This document shows positions 15,348-63,855 of a stretch of DNA of 64,000 nt, in pieces. Source of the DNA: Eledone cirrhosa (lineage: Eukaryota). Below the pieces are notes generated by a model that did not search any database, had not been told where the DNA came from, and worked only from the letters and a program-made list of their open reading frames with translations. How positions within the stretch are numbered: position 1 is the stretch's first letter; the number at the start of each line of letters is the position of its first letter. The position numbers were made by a program, and so were the translations under genes. The stretch spans positions 9,672,001 to 9,736,000 of the forward strand of contig OZ024759.1 in NCBI GenBank assembly GCA_964016885.1, given 5' to 3'.

Positions 15348-15409
15348 CTATACACCCTTTGTTCTTTCATATTTTATATTTACTACACTGTATGGTATAT
15401 CTCATGGTG

Positions 15410-16673
15410 CAATTATGAGGAAGGCAGAGAGAGAACAGAAATGGAAGGAGCTGGTTGTCAGGTGGTGCTCCATTGGTCCTCCAGCTCATCTGTGGTACCT
15501 CCACGGCCCACCAGCTCATCTGTGGTACCTCAACGGCCCACCAGCTCATCTGTGGTACCTCAACGGCCCACCAGGTCATCTGTGGTACCTCCACGGCGCC
15601 ACCAGCTCATCTGTGGTACCTCCATGGCCCACCAACTCATCTGTGGTACCTCAATGGCCCACCAGCGGTACCTCAACGGCGCCACCAGCTCATCTGTGGT
15701 ACCTCCACGGCGCCACCAGCTCATCTGTGGTACCTCCACGGCCCACCAGCTCATCTGTGGTACCTCCACGGCGCCACCAGCTCATCTGTGGTACCTCCAC
15801 GGCGCCACCAGCTCATCTGTGGTACCTCCACAGCCCACCAGCTCATCTGTGGTACCTCCACGGCGCCACCAGCTCATCTGTGGTACCTCAACGGCCCACC
15901 AGCTCATCTGTGGTACCTCAACGGCCCACCAGCTCATCTGTGGTAGCTCCACGGCCCACCAACTCATCTGTGGTACCTCAACGGCCCACCAGCTCATCTG
16001 TGGTACCTCAACGGCCCACCAGCTCATCTGTGGTAGCAACACGGCCCACCAGCTCATCTGTGGTACCTCAACGGCCCACCAGCTCATCTGTGGTACCTCA
16101 ACGGCCCACCAACTCATCTGTGGTACCTCAACTGTGGTACCTCAACGGCCCACCAGCTCATCTGTGGTAGCTCCATGGCCCACCAACTCATCTGTGGTAC
16201 CTCAACGGCGCCACCAGCTCATCTGTGGTACCTCAACGGCGCCACCAGCTCATCTGTGGTACCTCAACGGCGCCACCAGCTCATCTGTGGTACCTCAACG
16301 GCGCCACCAGCTCATCTGTGGTACCTCAACGGCCCACCAACTCATCTGTGGTACCTCAACTGTGGTACCTCAACGGCCCACCAGCTCATCTGTGGTAGCT
16401 CCATGGCCCACCAACTCATCTGTGGTACCTCAACGGCGCCACCAGCTCATCTGTGGTACCTCCACGGCGCCACCAGCTCATCTGTGGTACCTCAACGGCG
16501 CCACCAGCTCATCTGTGGTACCTCAACGGCCCACCAACTCATCTGTGGTACCTCCACGGCCCACCAGCTCATCTGTGGTACCTCAACGGCCCACCAGCTC
16601 ATCTGTGGTACCTCAACGGCCCACCAGCTCATCTGTGGTACCCCATTGGCCCACCAGACTACCAGACAGATGA
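15410..16673 (+). repeat. 30/31-bp satellite derived from an RTE ORF end (SSVVPQRPT)
   Basis: Unit ccaccagctcatctgtggtacctcaacggc; preceded by AEREQKWKELVVR and ending RLPDR*. Confidence 0.75.
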
Positions 16674-16781
16674 GGGTACATCTACACATTTTTCTACACT
16701 AGAATTTTTTCAACACACTGACACGTATGTGTGTGTGGATTGTACACATAAGTGTAGTGAATGTTAGACGCTGTTTTCTGT

Positions 16782-17140
16782 ATCACCCCTTCCTTCCTCA
16801 GTTGTCTCTAGTGTGTGATGTCATCACCCCTTCCTTCCTGTCATCTCTAGTCTGTGACGTCATCACCCCTTCCTTCCTCAGCCATCTCTAGTGTGTGATG
16901 TCATCACCCCTTCCTTCCTCAGCCACCTCTAGTCTGTGACGTCACCACCCCTTCCTTCCTCAGTCATCTCTAGTGTGTGAAGTCACCACCCCTTCCTTCC
17001 TCAGCCATCTCTAGTGTGTGATGTCATCACCCCTTCCTTCCTCAGTCACCTCTAGTGTGTGACGTCACCACCCCTTCCTTCTTCAGTCATCTCTAGTGTG
17101 TGATGGAAGAACAGACGGAAGTCGCTCAAATTTATATATA
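16782..17140. repeat. 41-bp minisatellite ending in a HINE-like terminus (cgctcaaatttatatata)
   Basis: tcatcaccccttccttcctcagtcatctctagtgtgtgatg. Confidence 0.75.
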
Positions 17141-18289
17141 CAAGGTGCTCGGTATAAATTTGATAGAGTCTAATTCTATAATCTTTGTTCCAGATATTCC
17201 CTTGTATCTGTGAACAGTGATCAGTGATCAGCGTAGTGAAACCTAATCAATACAGTTCTAGAGATGTCAAAATTACCTGAAATATTGGAAAAGGTTAACT
17301 TGGAACTTGATCATTCTACCAGGCATCAAGATTCCGCAATAACTGTTTCTACTTTAGGCACAAGGCCAGCAATTACCCCAGTGCATTACTGGTACTTTAT
17401 TTTATATAATATAAGTGTTTCTACTTTTGGCACAAGGCCAGCAATTACCCAGTGCATTACTGGTACTTTATTTTATATAATATAAGTGTTTCTACTTTAG
17501 GCACAAGGCCAGCAATTACTCAGTACATTACTGGTACTTTATTTTATATAATATAATTGTTTCTACTTTTGGCACAAGGCCAGCAAATTACCCAGTATAT
17601 TACTGGTTCTTTATTTTATATAATATAAGTGTTTCTACTTTAGGCACAAGGCCAGCAATCACCCAGTACATTACTGGTACTTTATTTTATCGACCCCGTA
17701 AGGATGAAAGGCAAAGTCAACCTCGGCGGGATTTGAACTCAGAATGTAAAAGGACGTAACTATGCTGGAAAGCATGGCGTCCCACCCTCTACCGATACTG
17801 CCAATCCGCCATAATGACAGCTGAACTATGTCCTTTGAACACTGTGGCAGTTATAAGACATCAAATGTAGAGCTGTAATGGAGACTATGAGGCCGTGGCT
17901 TGTAGGAAAGAACACAGCAGAGGTTCTGATTGCCTCCATACACCAGAATTTATGCGACAACTGCAGGAGAAAGTGATGGAACTCCTACACAAGGGAATAT
18001 GAGCTTTAGCATGGGAAATAGGTGTTGCAGCTTCTACCATGAAGCTGGCATTGAATGAGGGCCTCCACTACCACTCATACAAGAGGTGTAAAGGCCAACT
18101 TCTTACAGAAAAGGATCAACAAAACCGTCTGACAAAGTTAAAGAAACTCCAGAACAAGGTGAAACATCCTGTTGAACCAGGGACAATCTGGCACAGTCGA
18201 ATGCTTAGAAAAATCGGGTAAAATACACCTACATACGGGGAAAAGTGGCTGCTTCGAAAACTCAAACATACATACATAAAATTCATACA

Positions 18290-19235
18290 TATCATCATCA
18301 TCATCGTTTAACGTCCATATTCCACGCTTGCGTGAGTTTGGACGGGGGTTTTCCCACTTGAGGCAAGATTGGTTGTCTTGCTCGCATAGGACTGTCTGGC
18401 GGGTTTTCTACGGCTGGATGCCCTTCCTAACACCAACCACATTTACAGTGTGGAACTGGGAGGTTTTTACCGTGTTGCCTACACGGCCACATTACAGCGT
18501 GGACTGTGTGTTTTTTTGTCGTGACACCTACACGACCTCATTTGTTTCGGGCTGGATGTTGTGACACCAACATAACTTTACATTGAAGGGGTGGTGTGGA
18601 TGGGGTGGGTGTAGTGGGATGGGGTGTATTTTGTTAGAGGTGCCTACTGACTGTAGTAGGTTTCACTTTGTACTTAGGTAAGGCGAGTCTTCTCTATTAC
18701 TGAGTACCGCTAAAGCTCTCGGTCCAGTGACATTGTCTTGGAGAAGTGTGTGTAAGGTCGGAATTTATCAAGTCGTCCCAGGTTTTTCTGGGTCTGCCTA
18801 CTCCGTGGCTACCGTCTATTTTTATTGCCCTGCACTTTTTTATACAGCTGTCGTCTTTCATGCGCATCACGTGTCCATACCAACGTAGTCTTCTCTCGAG
18901 TAAACAACATCTGATCCCTCTTATTTCTAATTTCTCCCTTAGTACGTTTATGCTTTGCCGTTCACGTATGTTACTATTACACATCCAACGGAGCATGCAA
19001 GCTTCATTCCTCTCCAGTCTGCGTATATCCTCTGCACACAATGCCCAGGTCTCACTGCCATGTAACATTGCTGTTCGTATGCAGGCATCATACAGCCTGC
19101 CTTTCATTTTTAGAGAGAACCCTTTAGCGGCCAATAGTGGTATAAGCTCTCTGAACTTTTTCCATCCCGTTCTGGCCCTAGCTACTGTACTTTCAGAGCA
19201 CCCTCCCCCACTGCTGATTTTATCACCCAGGTAAC
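18290..19235 (-). mobile_element. 5'-truncated RTE family A copy (ORF C-terminus plus 3'UTR)
   Basis: RYLGDKISSGGGCSES...RLRWYGHV nearly identical to 24135-24713; (GAT)n tail at about 18290. Confidence 0.9.
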
Positions 19236-19430
19236 GTATATATATATACATTAAATACATACATTCATACATCGTCTGACAAAGATAAAGAAACTTCCGA
19301 ACAAGGTGAAACATCCTGTTGAACCAGGAACGATCTGGTTCTTCTCTGATGAAAATAATTTTTTGTCAGGACCAGAGGCACAACACCCAGAACAACAGAT
19401 GGCTTTCCTACAATCCATATGACATTGCTA

Positions 19431-20511
19431 ATAAGTGTTTCTACTTTTGGCACAAGGCCAGCAATTACCCAGTACATTACTGGTACTTTATTTTATATAA
19501 TATAAGTGTTTCTACTTTTGGCACAAGGCCAGCAAATACCCAGTACATTACTGGTACTTTATTTTATATAATAAAAGTGTTTCTACTTTTGGCACAAGGC
19601 CAGCAAATACCCAGTACATTACTGGTACTTTATTTTATATAATATAAGTGTTTCTACTTTTGGCACAAGGCCAGCAAATACCCAGTACATTACTGGTACT
19701 TTATTTTATATAATATAAGTGTTTCTACTTTAGGCACAAGGCCAGCAATTACCCAGTACATTACTGGTACTTTATTTTATATAATATAAGTGTTTCTACT
19801 TTAGGCACAAGGCCAGCAATTACCCAGTACATTACTGGTACTTTATTTTATATAATATAAGTGTTTCTACTTTTGGCACAAGGCCAGCAATTACCCAGTA
19901 CATTACTGGTACTTTATTTTATATAATATAAGTGTTTCTACTTTTGGCACAAGGCCAGCAAATACCAGTACATTACTGGTACTTTATTTTATATAATAAA
20001 AGTGTTTCTACTTTTGGCACAAGGCCAGCAATTACCCAGTACATTACTGGTACTTTATTTTATATAATATAAGTGTTTCTACTTTTGGCACAAGGCCAGC
20101 AATTACCTAGTACATTACTGGTACTTTATTTTATATAATATAAGTGTTTCTACTTTTGGCACAAGGCCAGCAAATACCCCAGTACATTACTGGTACTTTA
20201 TTTTATATAATATAAGTGTTTCTACTTTTGGCACAAGGCCAGCAAATACCCAGTACATTACTGGTACTTTATTTTATATAATATAAGTGTTTCTACTTTT
20301 GGCACAAGGCCAGCAATTACCCAGTGTATTACTGGTACTTTATTTTATATAATATAAGTGTTTCTACTTTTGGCACAAGGCCAGCAATTACCCAGTGTAT
20401 TACTGGTACTTTATTTTATATAATATAAGTGTTTCTACTTTTGGCACAAGGCCAGCAATTACCCAGTGTATTACTGGTACTTTATTTTATATAATATAAG
20501 TATCTGTATTT
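19431..20511. repeat. 71-bp satellite from the SINE 3' part (continues at 25059-26117; also 17340-17690)
   Basis: Unit ataagtgtttctacttttggcacaaggccagcaattacccagtacattactggtactttattttatataat; arrays at 17340 and 25059 run into a complete SINE. Confidence 0.88.
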
Positions 20512-23500
20512 TTTGTTATTTATTAAGGTTTAAATACGGTGTTTTTGTCGTATTGAACAGAACAAATCTTGCAGTTTTGCTTTTTGTTACTCGCTGGTAA
20601 ACATTCATAACCTTCCAGCTAGCTAATTCTATCGTATTCTCCAATTCCTTAATTCCATCGTATTCCCAAACAAAAAAACAAAATCCTTCCCATTCTTAAT
20701 TCTATCGTATCCTCCAATTCCCTAATTCTATCGTATTCTCAAACAAAAAAACAAAAAACAACAAAATCCTTTCCATTCTACTTCTTATAATTTACTTTAA
20801 ATATATATATCATGCTACCTCGAAAGTCAAAAATCCCGCTCATACACCCTTCACCCACCATTTTCTTCACGAGGGGTTGCGGTCAGCCACTCTCTCTCTC
20901 TCTCTCTCCCCCTTCCCACTCTCTCTCTCTCTCTCTTAGCTACACACACACACACACACATATATATATAAGATAAATTCCCGTTCATGTTTATTCACTT
21001 TCGCCAAACAATTGCTGCTTCAACTACCCCTACTACGGTGTAACCATGTAATCGTAACGTTCACGTTTTTCCTATCTCCTCCACACACCACAATTTCGTA
21101 CAAACATCCAATCCCGCAAAATCCGAAATCTGTATTTTTTGTTATTTATTAAGGTTTAAATACGGTGTTTTTGTCGTATTGAACAGAACAAATCTTGCAG
21201 TTTTGCTTTTTGTTACTCGCTGGTAAACATTCATAACCTTCCAGCTAGCTACCCCACATCCCTCCCACCCGCCCCCACACACCACCATTCTTAATACGTG
21301 GACCAATCATAAGCCAGAGACCCCCCCCACACGCATCACCATTTTACTATAAGCCAGAGACCCCCCCCCACGCATCACCATTATTATTATTACGCGGACC
21401 AATCATAAGCCAGAGGCCTATACTATCGCTTGCACGGTTGCCTTCGATATATGATGGATGGATGGATGGACGGACTGCGGAATCCTGGAGAGTGGAAGGG
21501 AGAGAAAAAATCTGGACGCTCAGAGCGAAAATGCCAATGCTAAAGTCAAATTCACCTCGTGGACGTGAATGCGAGCACTCTTCTTTGTTTCGCCCGCGGA
21601 TGGCTAACATAACCCCATCGCCCCCCGCCCCTCACCGCCCCCAACCCCCAAACGCAATCCAAAACTTCAGAGTTGGTACCATAAATGTAGGCACCCTAAA
21701 GGGGCGCGCTAACGAGGTTGTAGAAATGCTTGAACGTAAGGAGGTCGATGTTTGTTGTATTCAAGAGACCAGGTGGAGGGGTGGGTCTGCTAGATTCATT
21801 GAGGGTAAAAAACGATGTTATAAGCTTTTCTGGGTGGGAAACGACGATGGGCTGGGTGGAGTAGGAATCATGGTAGCAGAAAAGTGGGCGGATAAGATAA
21901 TAGACGTAAATAGAGTGAACGACAGAATAATTAAAATACGACTTGTCCTCAATAGAACTACGGTGACAGTAATATCTGCGTATGCACCCCAATCCGGACT
22001 GCCCGGCACTATAAAAGACAGATTCTATGAGACACTGATGCTCACTACCTCCCAAATATCTGACAGTGACTATATAATTATTGCAGGCGACCTAAATGGT
22101 CACGTTGGGCAACATTGTGACGGCTACGACGAAATCCATGGAGGCTATGGGTTTGGTACTAGAAATGAGGAAGGCTCCAGAATCCTGGAATTCTGTGATG
22201 CAAATAACCTAACTATCTGTAACACTAACTTCAAAAAACGTGACAATCACCTGATCACCTATAGATCCGGGGAACACACAAGCCAGGTAGATTATATCCT
22301 TACCAGAAGACGTGACAGAGTGTCTGTTGTAAACACTAAATCCATCCCCCATGAAGAATGCACCTCCCAACATAGACTGATAATTAGCGACCTCATAGTC
22401 AGGTCGAGACGTACTCGACAGCAGAAGAGGACTATCCTCAGGAGAAAAATATGGAAGCTAAAGGACCCCACAGCCAAAAATAAATTTCAAAACATATTAC
22501 TTGATGCTTTCGACAGTAAGGAAGAACACTTAGAGTCGGACAATATAGAGGGTCAGTGGGAATTTCTGAAAGCAAACCTGCTGTTGGCCACAGACGAAGT
22601 CTGTGGCTGGAGCAGGCCTGTAGGCAGGAGGAGAGTAACATGGTGGTGGAACAGTAAGGTGGAGGAGTCAATTAAGGCCAAAAAGCAGGCTTGGAAAGTA
22701 TGGCGGGATGGGGGAAGTAGAGTAGACTATCAAGTGGCCAGGAGGGAAGCTAGGAGAGAAGTGTACTTAGCAAGAAGGGAAGCTGAGGAAAGAAAGTTCA
22801 AGCATGTCCTACAACGCGATGACCAAAAACGTGAGGTGTTCAGGATTGCTAGGCAATGCGTCAAGGAAAATCGTGATATTGTCGGGGAGAAGTGTGTACT
22901 TAACGATGATGGCATACTTGCCATCACCGACACTGATAAGAAGGCAGCTTGGAAGTGTCACTATGAAAGGCTACTAAATGAGGAGAATAAATGGGAGAAA
23001 GACAGTCTCCCCCATGTCGACCCAATAGAGGGACCAGCAGTGTTAGTCGAGGGGAGTATAATAAGTAAGGCAATCAAGGATATGAAGACAGGTAAGGCGG
23101 CTGGGCCTTCGGAAATAGTTGCTGAGATGCTGAAGGCATCTGGCACGGTGGGACACACCATGGTCACCCGCATAGTTAACCAAGTCGTACAGAATGGGGT
23201 TGTTCCGAAGGACTGGCATAGCAGCATCATCGTTAACTGTTATAAGGGTAAAGGAGACGCCCTAGATAGGAGTAACTATAGAGGCATTAAATTAATCGAC
23301 CAGGTCATGAAGGTCACAGAAAAAGTAATAGCGCAACTAATCAGAGAGAGAATTGACCTAGATGAAATGCAGTTCGGGTTTGTGTCAGGCAAAAGTACCA
23401 CAGACGCTCTTTTCATAGTACGACAACTACAGGAGAAGTACCTAGCTAAAGGTAAACCCCTCTACTTAGCTTTTGTCGACTTGGAGAAAGCCTTCGACAG

Positions 23501-25058
23501 AGTCCCCCGCTCCATTATCTGGTGGGCTCTTAGAAAACTAGGCGTTGACGAATGGCTTGTGAGGGCTATACAAGCCATGTATAAAGAAACAGTCAGCAAG
23601 GTTAGAATTAACAACGAATATAGTGAAGAGTTTAGCGTAAAAGTTGGCGTCCATCAGGGCTCTGTTCTCAGCCCCCTACTATTTATTATTGCCCTTCAGG
23701 CTATAACAGAGGAGTTCAAGACAGGCTGCCCATGGGAACTCCTATACGCAGACGACCTGACACTCATAGCGGAATCAATGGCCGAGCTAGAGAAGAAATT
23801 CCAAACATGGAAGCACGGCCTAGAGTCAAAAGGACTTAAAATTAACCTGGCTAAGACCAAAGTTCTAGTTTGTAGGAAAGAAAACAAGGCGGCGGTCCCT
23901 TCTGGGAAATGGTCGTGCTCGGTGTGTAGGAAAGGCGTAGGTAGAAACTCCATTTTGTGTCCTAAATGCAAAGTATGGGTGCATAAAAGATGTAGTGGGA
24001 TCACAGGTAAGCTAACTAAGAACATAGATTTTACATGTGGCCGGTGTTCTGGTGCAATAAGTAGCAGCAAGTGCCCACACAATACTAGCTCTTTCAATTG
24101 CGCAGAGGGTTCTATAGAAATAGTGGACAGCTTCCGTTACCTGGGCGATAAAATCAGCAGTGGGGGAGGGTGCTCTGAAAGTACTGTAGCTAGAGTCAGA
24201 ACTGGTTGGAAAAAGTTCAGAGAGCTTATACCACTATTAGCTGCTAAAGGGTTCTCCCTAAAAATGAAAGGCAGGTTGTACGATGCCTGCATACGAACAG
24301 CAATGTTGCATGGCAGTGAGACCTGGGCATTGTGTGCAGAGGATATACGCAGACTAGAGAGGAACGAAGCTTGCATGCTCCGCTGGATGTGTAACAGTAA
24401 TATACGTGAACGGCAAAGCATAAACGAACTAAGGAAAAAATTAGAGATAAGAGGGATCAGATGTTGTTTACTCGAGAGAAGGCTACGTTGGTATGGACAC
24501 GTGATGCGCATGAAAGTCGATAGCTGTATAACAAAGTGCAGGGCAATAAAGATAGACGGTAGCCACGGAATAGGCAGACCTAGAAAAACCTGGGACGAGC
24601 TGATAAACTCCGACCTCACACACTTACACCTCTCCAAGACAATGTCACTGGACCGAGACCTTTGGCGGTACTCAGTAACAGAGAAGACCCGCCTTGCCAG
24701 TAGGCATCTCTAACAAAATACACCCCGTCCCACCACCACCACCCCCACCACCCCGTCCTATGTAAAGTTATGTTGGTGCCGCGCCATCCGGGCCGAAACA
24801 AATGAGATCGTGTAGGTGTCACGACAAAAAAACACACAGTCCACGCTGTAATGTGGCCGTGTAGGCAACACGGTAAAAACCTCCCAGACCCACACTGTAA
24901 ATGTGGTTGGTGTTAGGAAGGGCATCCAACTGTAGAAAACCTGCCAGACAGTCCTATGCGAGCAAGACAATCACTCTTGCCTCAAGTGGGACTACCCCCG
25001 TCCAAACCCATGCAAGCGTGGAACACGGACGTTAAACGTTGATGATGATGATGATGAT
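20512..25058 (+). mobile_element. Apparently full-length RTE-clade LINE (family A) inserted in a 71-bp satellite
   Basis: Satellite stops at 20511 and resumes at 25059 (possible AAGT target duplication); single long ORF; 3'UTR ends in (GAT)n. Confidence 0.9.
21531..24713 (+). CDS. RTE ORF: APE endonuclease, reverse transcriptase and PHD-like Cys/His finger
   Basis: Frame open 21438-24713 (first ATGs at 21531 and 21600); GTINVGTL, IQETRW, GDLNGHVG, QVDYIL, SQHRL (APE); AFVDLEKAFD, QGSVLSP, YADD (RT); CSVC..CPKC..HKRC..CGRC; RLRWYGHV..GRPRKTW. Confidence 0.95.
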   Translation: MPMLKSNSPRGRECEHSSLFRPRMANITPSPPAPHRPQPPNAIQNFRVGTINVGTLKGRANEVVEMLERKEVDVCCIQETRWRGGSARFIEGKKRCYKLFWVGNDDGLGGVGIMVAEKWADKIIDVNRVNDRIIKIRLVLNRTTVTVISAYAPQSGLPGTIKDRFYETLMLTTSQISDSDYIIIAGDLNGHVGQHCDGYDEIHGGYGFGTRNEEGSRILEFCDANNLTICNTNFKKRDNHLITYRSGEHTSQVDYILTRRRDRVSVVNTKSIPHEECTSQHRLIISDLIVRSRRTRQQKRTILRRKIWKLKDPTAKNKFQNILLDAFDSKEEHLESDNIEGQWEFLKANLLLATDEVCGWSRPVGRRRVTWWWNSKVEESIKAKKQAWKVWRDGGSRVDYQVARREARREVYLARREAEERKFKHVLQRDDQKREVFRIARQCVKENRDIVGEKCVLNDDGILAITDTDKKAAWKCHYERLLNEENKWEKDSLPHVDPIEGPAVLVEGSIISKAIKDMKTGKAAGPSEIVAEMLKASGTVGHTMVTRIVNQVVQNGVVPKDWHSSIIVNCYKGKGDALDRSNYRGIKLIDQVMKVTEKVIAQLIRERIDLDEMQFGFVSGKSTTDALFIVRQLQEKYLAKGKPLYLAFVDLEKAFDRVPRSIIWWALRKLGVDEWLVRAIQAMYKETVSKVRINNEYSEEFSVKVGVHQGSVLSPLLFIIALQAITEEFKTGCPWELLYADDLTLIAESMAELEKKFQTWKHGLESKGLKINLAKTKVLVCRKENKAAVPSGKWSCSVCRKGVGRNSILCPKCKVWVHKRCSGITGKLTKNIDFTCGRCSGAISSSKCPHNTSSFNCAEGSIEIVDSFRYLGDKISSGGGCSESTVARVRTGWKKFRELIPLLAAKGFSLKMKGRLYDACIRTAMLHGSETWALCAEDIRRLERNEACMLRWMCNSNIRERQSINELRKKLEIRGIRCCLLERRLRWYGHVMRMKVDSCITKCRAIKIDGSHGIGRPRKTWDELINSDLTHLHLSKTMSLDRDLWRYSVTEKTRLASRHL

Positions 25059-26234
25059 GAAGTGTTTCTACTTTTGGCACAAGGCCAGCAAATACCCAGT
25101 ACATTACTGGTACTTTATTTTATATAATATAAGTGTTTCTACTTTTGGCACAAGGCCAGCAAATAACCAGTACATTACTGGTACTTTATTTTATATAATA
25201 TATGTGTTTCTACTTTTGGCACAAGGCCAGCAATTACCCCAGTACATTACTGGTACTTTATTTTATATAATATAAGTGTTTCTACTTTAGGCACAAGGCC
25301 AGCAATTAACCAGTACATTACTGATACTTTATTTTATATAATATAAGTGTTTCTACTTTTGGCACAAGGCCAGCAAATACTCAGTAGATTACTGGTACTT
25401 TATTTTATATAATATAAGTGTTTCTACTTTTGGCACAAGGCCAGCAAATACCCAGTGTATTACTGGTACTTTATTTTATATAATATAAGTGTTTCTACTT
25501 TTGGCACAAGGCCAGCAATTACACAGTACATTACTGGTACTTTATTTTATATAATATAAGAGTTTCTACTTTTGGCACAAGGCCAGCAATTACCCAGTAC
25601 ATTACTGGTACTTTATTTTATATAATATAAGTGTTTCTACTTTTGGCACAAGGCCAGCAAATACCCAGTACATTACTGGTACTTTATTTTATATAATATA
25701 AGTGTTTCTACTTTAGGCACAAGGCCAGCAATTACCCAGTACATTACTGGTACTATATTTTATATAATATAAGTGTTTCTACTTTTGGCACAAGGCCAGC
25801 AAATACCCAGTACATTACTGGTACTTTATTTTATATAATATAAGTGTTTCTACTTTTGGCACAAGGCCAGCAAATACCCAGTACATTACTGGTACTTTAT
25901 TTTATATAATATAAGTGTTTCTACTTTTGGCACAAGGCCAGCAAATACCCAGTACATTACTGGTACTTTATTTTATATAATATAAGTGTTTCTACTTTTG
26001 GCACAAGGCCAGCAATTACCCAGTGTATTACTGGTACTTTATTTTATATAATATAAGTGTTTCTACTTTTGGCACAAGGCCAGCAATTACCCAGTGTATT
26101 ACTGGTACTTTATTTTATCGACCCCGTAAGGATGAAAGGCAAAGTTAACCTCGGTGGGATTTGAACTCAGACCATAAAGGGCCATAACTCTTTGCTGCAA
26201 AGCATGGCGTCTGACCCTCTACTGAATCTGCCAA

Positions 26235-26872
26235 TGACAGCTCGACAATGTTCTTTGGACACTGAGACAGCAATAAGGCATCAAATGTAGAGCCGCAATG
26301 GAGGAGGCGATGGCTTGTAGTAAAGAACACAGTAGACATTCTGATTGCCTCCATACATCAGAATTGATGCGACAACTGCAGGAGAAAGTGATGGAACACC
26401 CAGGCAAGGTAAAGGAACTCCCGAACAAGGTGAAACATCCTGTTGAACCAGGGAAAATCTGCTTCTTCTCTGATGAAAAGAATTTTTGTCAGGATTAGGT
26501 TCACAACACCTAGAACAACAGATGGCTTGCCTACAATCCATATGACATTGCTCGTGTCATGAAGACCAAGTTTCTCAAAGCTGTAATGGTTTTTAGATGA
26601 GTCTCCAGTGAGGGTGACATCATGCTACCTTACATCTTTGAACAGAGTCTCAGGAGGCTCAATTAGGCTGGCTATGTGGATTTGCTGGCTATCGTGGTTA
26701 AGCCTTGGTTGGAGAGGGTGGCTTCTGGAAGACTGTGTGTGACAGCCAGTTTCAGCTACCCTCCACACCTCTGGGTAGATACAGAAGTCATTGTCTGAGA
26801 ATATTTACCACTTCACCAGCCCCAACATTTGGGCCCCCTAACTCCCCTCACTATAATCCTATGGATTATTAT
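26235..26872 (+). mobile_element. Tc1/mariner (maT/DD37D-like) transposase remnant; related pieces at 17815-18190 and 19272-19430
   Basis: FFSDEKNFCQD, VMKTKF, VVKPWLERV and PPNSPHYNPMDY motifs with stops and frameshifts. Confidence 0.75.
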
Positions 26873-28002
26873 ATTCACACAAGCACATACATTCACACAA
26901 ACACACATACATTCACACTAAAAAAACACACATACATTCACACATTCACACAAACATACATTTACACAAACACATACACTCACACACAACATTGCAAATG
27001 GAAAGCCAGCGGTGGTTTTGCTATAGTTTTCTCACCCCCCCCTTCCTTCCTTTTACCCACACATACATTCACACAGGCAGCAGATGTAAAGAGAGAGGAG
27101 TAGTATGAGGTAGTCAAACTACTCCTCTCTCTTTACATGTGCCAGAATCGCAGAAATTTATATATAGATTTAAAAAAAACAAAACGAAAAAGAATGAAAT
27201 CCAATAATTGTGTGTATATTCTTTAAAGGTGTAGAAAAGAAGGGACAAACTGTTCATTTGTAGCTCTTTCTAATATGTCTGCAAGTGAAACACAATCAAA
27301 ATTGACGTCAAATAACAATATTAAGGTGGGGGGAGGGGGGCAGTTAAATAAAAAATAAAAAAAATATTTGGTAAGCAGCTGAAAGCAATCAGCAAAATAA
27401 AAACAAAAAACATAAATAAAACAAAACAAAACAAAACAAAACAAAACAAAACAAAAAATAAAATAAAAATGAAAATAAAAATAAAATAAAATAAAATAAA
27501 ATAAAATAAAATAAAATAAAAAAAACCATTATAAAAATTTGTAAAATCTTTTAAATTTCAAAATTGAAGTCTATCTCTGAACAACTTTCTCTACAGTTCA
27601 GAAGTACGTGGAATGTTTTACATATTCAACTTTGGACATTGATTTTTTTTTTAAAAGTTCAATTTTCATTGTTTTTTTAAATTTCTATTTTCTTTTTGTT
27701 TTTCTTCATATTTTTCTTTGTTTTTCTTCTTCTTCTCTTCTTCTATGTCTAACCCTTGTTAGGAAGACATTTTTTTAATTTGATGTTAACATTTCTTACA
27801 AACATTCCATTCTTTCTCTCTTCCAATCTCAACATTTCGACATCATACATTGTATGTCATTTCATTTCATTTCTCCTTTTTTTTTTCATTTTTTTTTTTT
27901 TGTTATTTCACATGGTTTGCGATGATTAGCAAAAATAATGCAATTCTTTGAACCAGAAAAAAAAAAATGTTTTTTTTTTTTCACTAAACTGTGAGCTTCT
28001 TC

Positions 28003-63336
<35,334 letters not shown>

Positions 63337-63422
63337 CTGAAACAAAGGTGGATGAAATACTGGATAAAAATTAGAAATAAACCCCCAAACAACAACAAAA
63401 ACAGAACATTGTAGTTAATCCC

Positions 63423-63651
63423 TTAACCCTTTACCATTTACATTACTCTATATTTACTAATGTATTTTCACGGTAAAGGCTTTACCTCACATAATTATCT
63501 TACATGATATCAAATATATAAGATTTTGATATTATCTATTTTGAGAACAATATCTTAACATCAGTATGAGTGGCCAGTTACAACCGGTTTGAACAGAAAG
63601 AGGTGAGAGAATTGTGCCTGGATACGGCCGATTTAAATACTAAAGGGTTAA
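63423..63651 (+). mobile_element. piggyBac-like MITE, unexpanded copy (about 221 bp)
   Basis: TTAA|CCCTTTA...TAAAGGG|TTAA termini. Confidence 0.8.
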
Positions 63652-63652
63652 A

Positions 63653-63855
63653 TACGAGTGTCAGCTGAAAAGTTCATAGGCTGACCAAGATTCTCTCATG
63701 GAATGACCGAATGAAGTTTATTTTTCAACATAGTCCCTGGAAAGAAACAATGCAGTTATTAATAAGAAGAGTTGAAATTAATGCATGCATGATTTCACAG
63801 CCCAAGCATCACTCCTTGATAGTCAGCCTATGAAGTTTTCAGCTGACCCTATCTA
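63653..63855. mobile_element. mariner-derived MITE (second copy about 48040-48247); its right end and flank are tandemly duplicated (period about 105) to the window end
   Basis: TIRs gtcagctgaaaagttcataggctgac / gtcagcctatgaagttttcagctgac. Confidence 0.7.

Noticed and set aside
8704-16767. Long repetitive ORFs (also 461-2457, 34935-41367, 53546-56151)
   Set aside because: They arise from satellites and simple repeats that lack stop codons in some frames; no splice or domain support
17194-17293. Plus-strand exon with ATG (MSKLPEILEK|gt)
   Set aside because: The donor is weak and no compatible downstream exon was found
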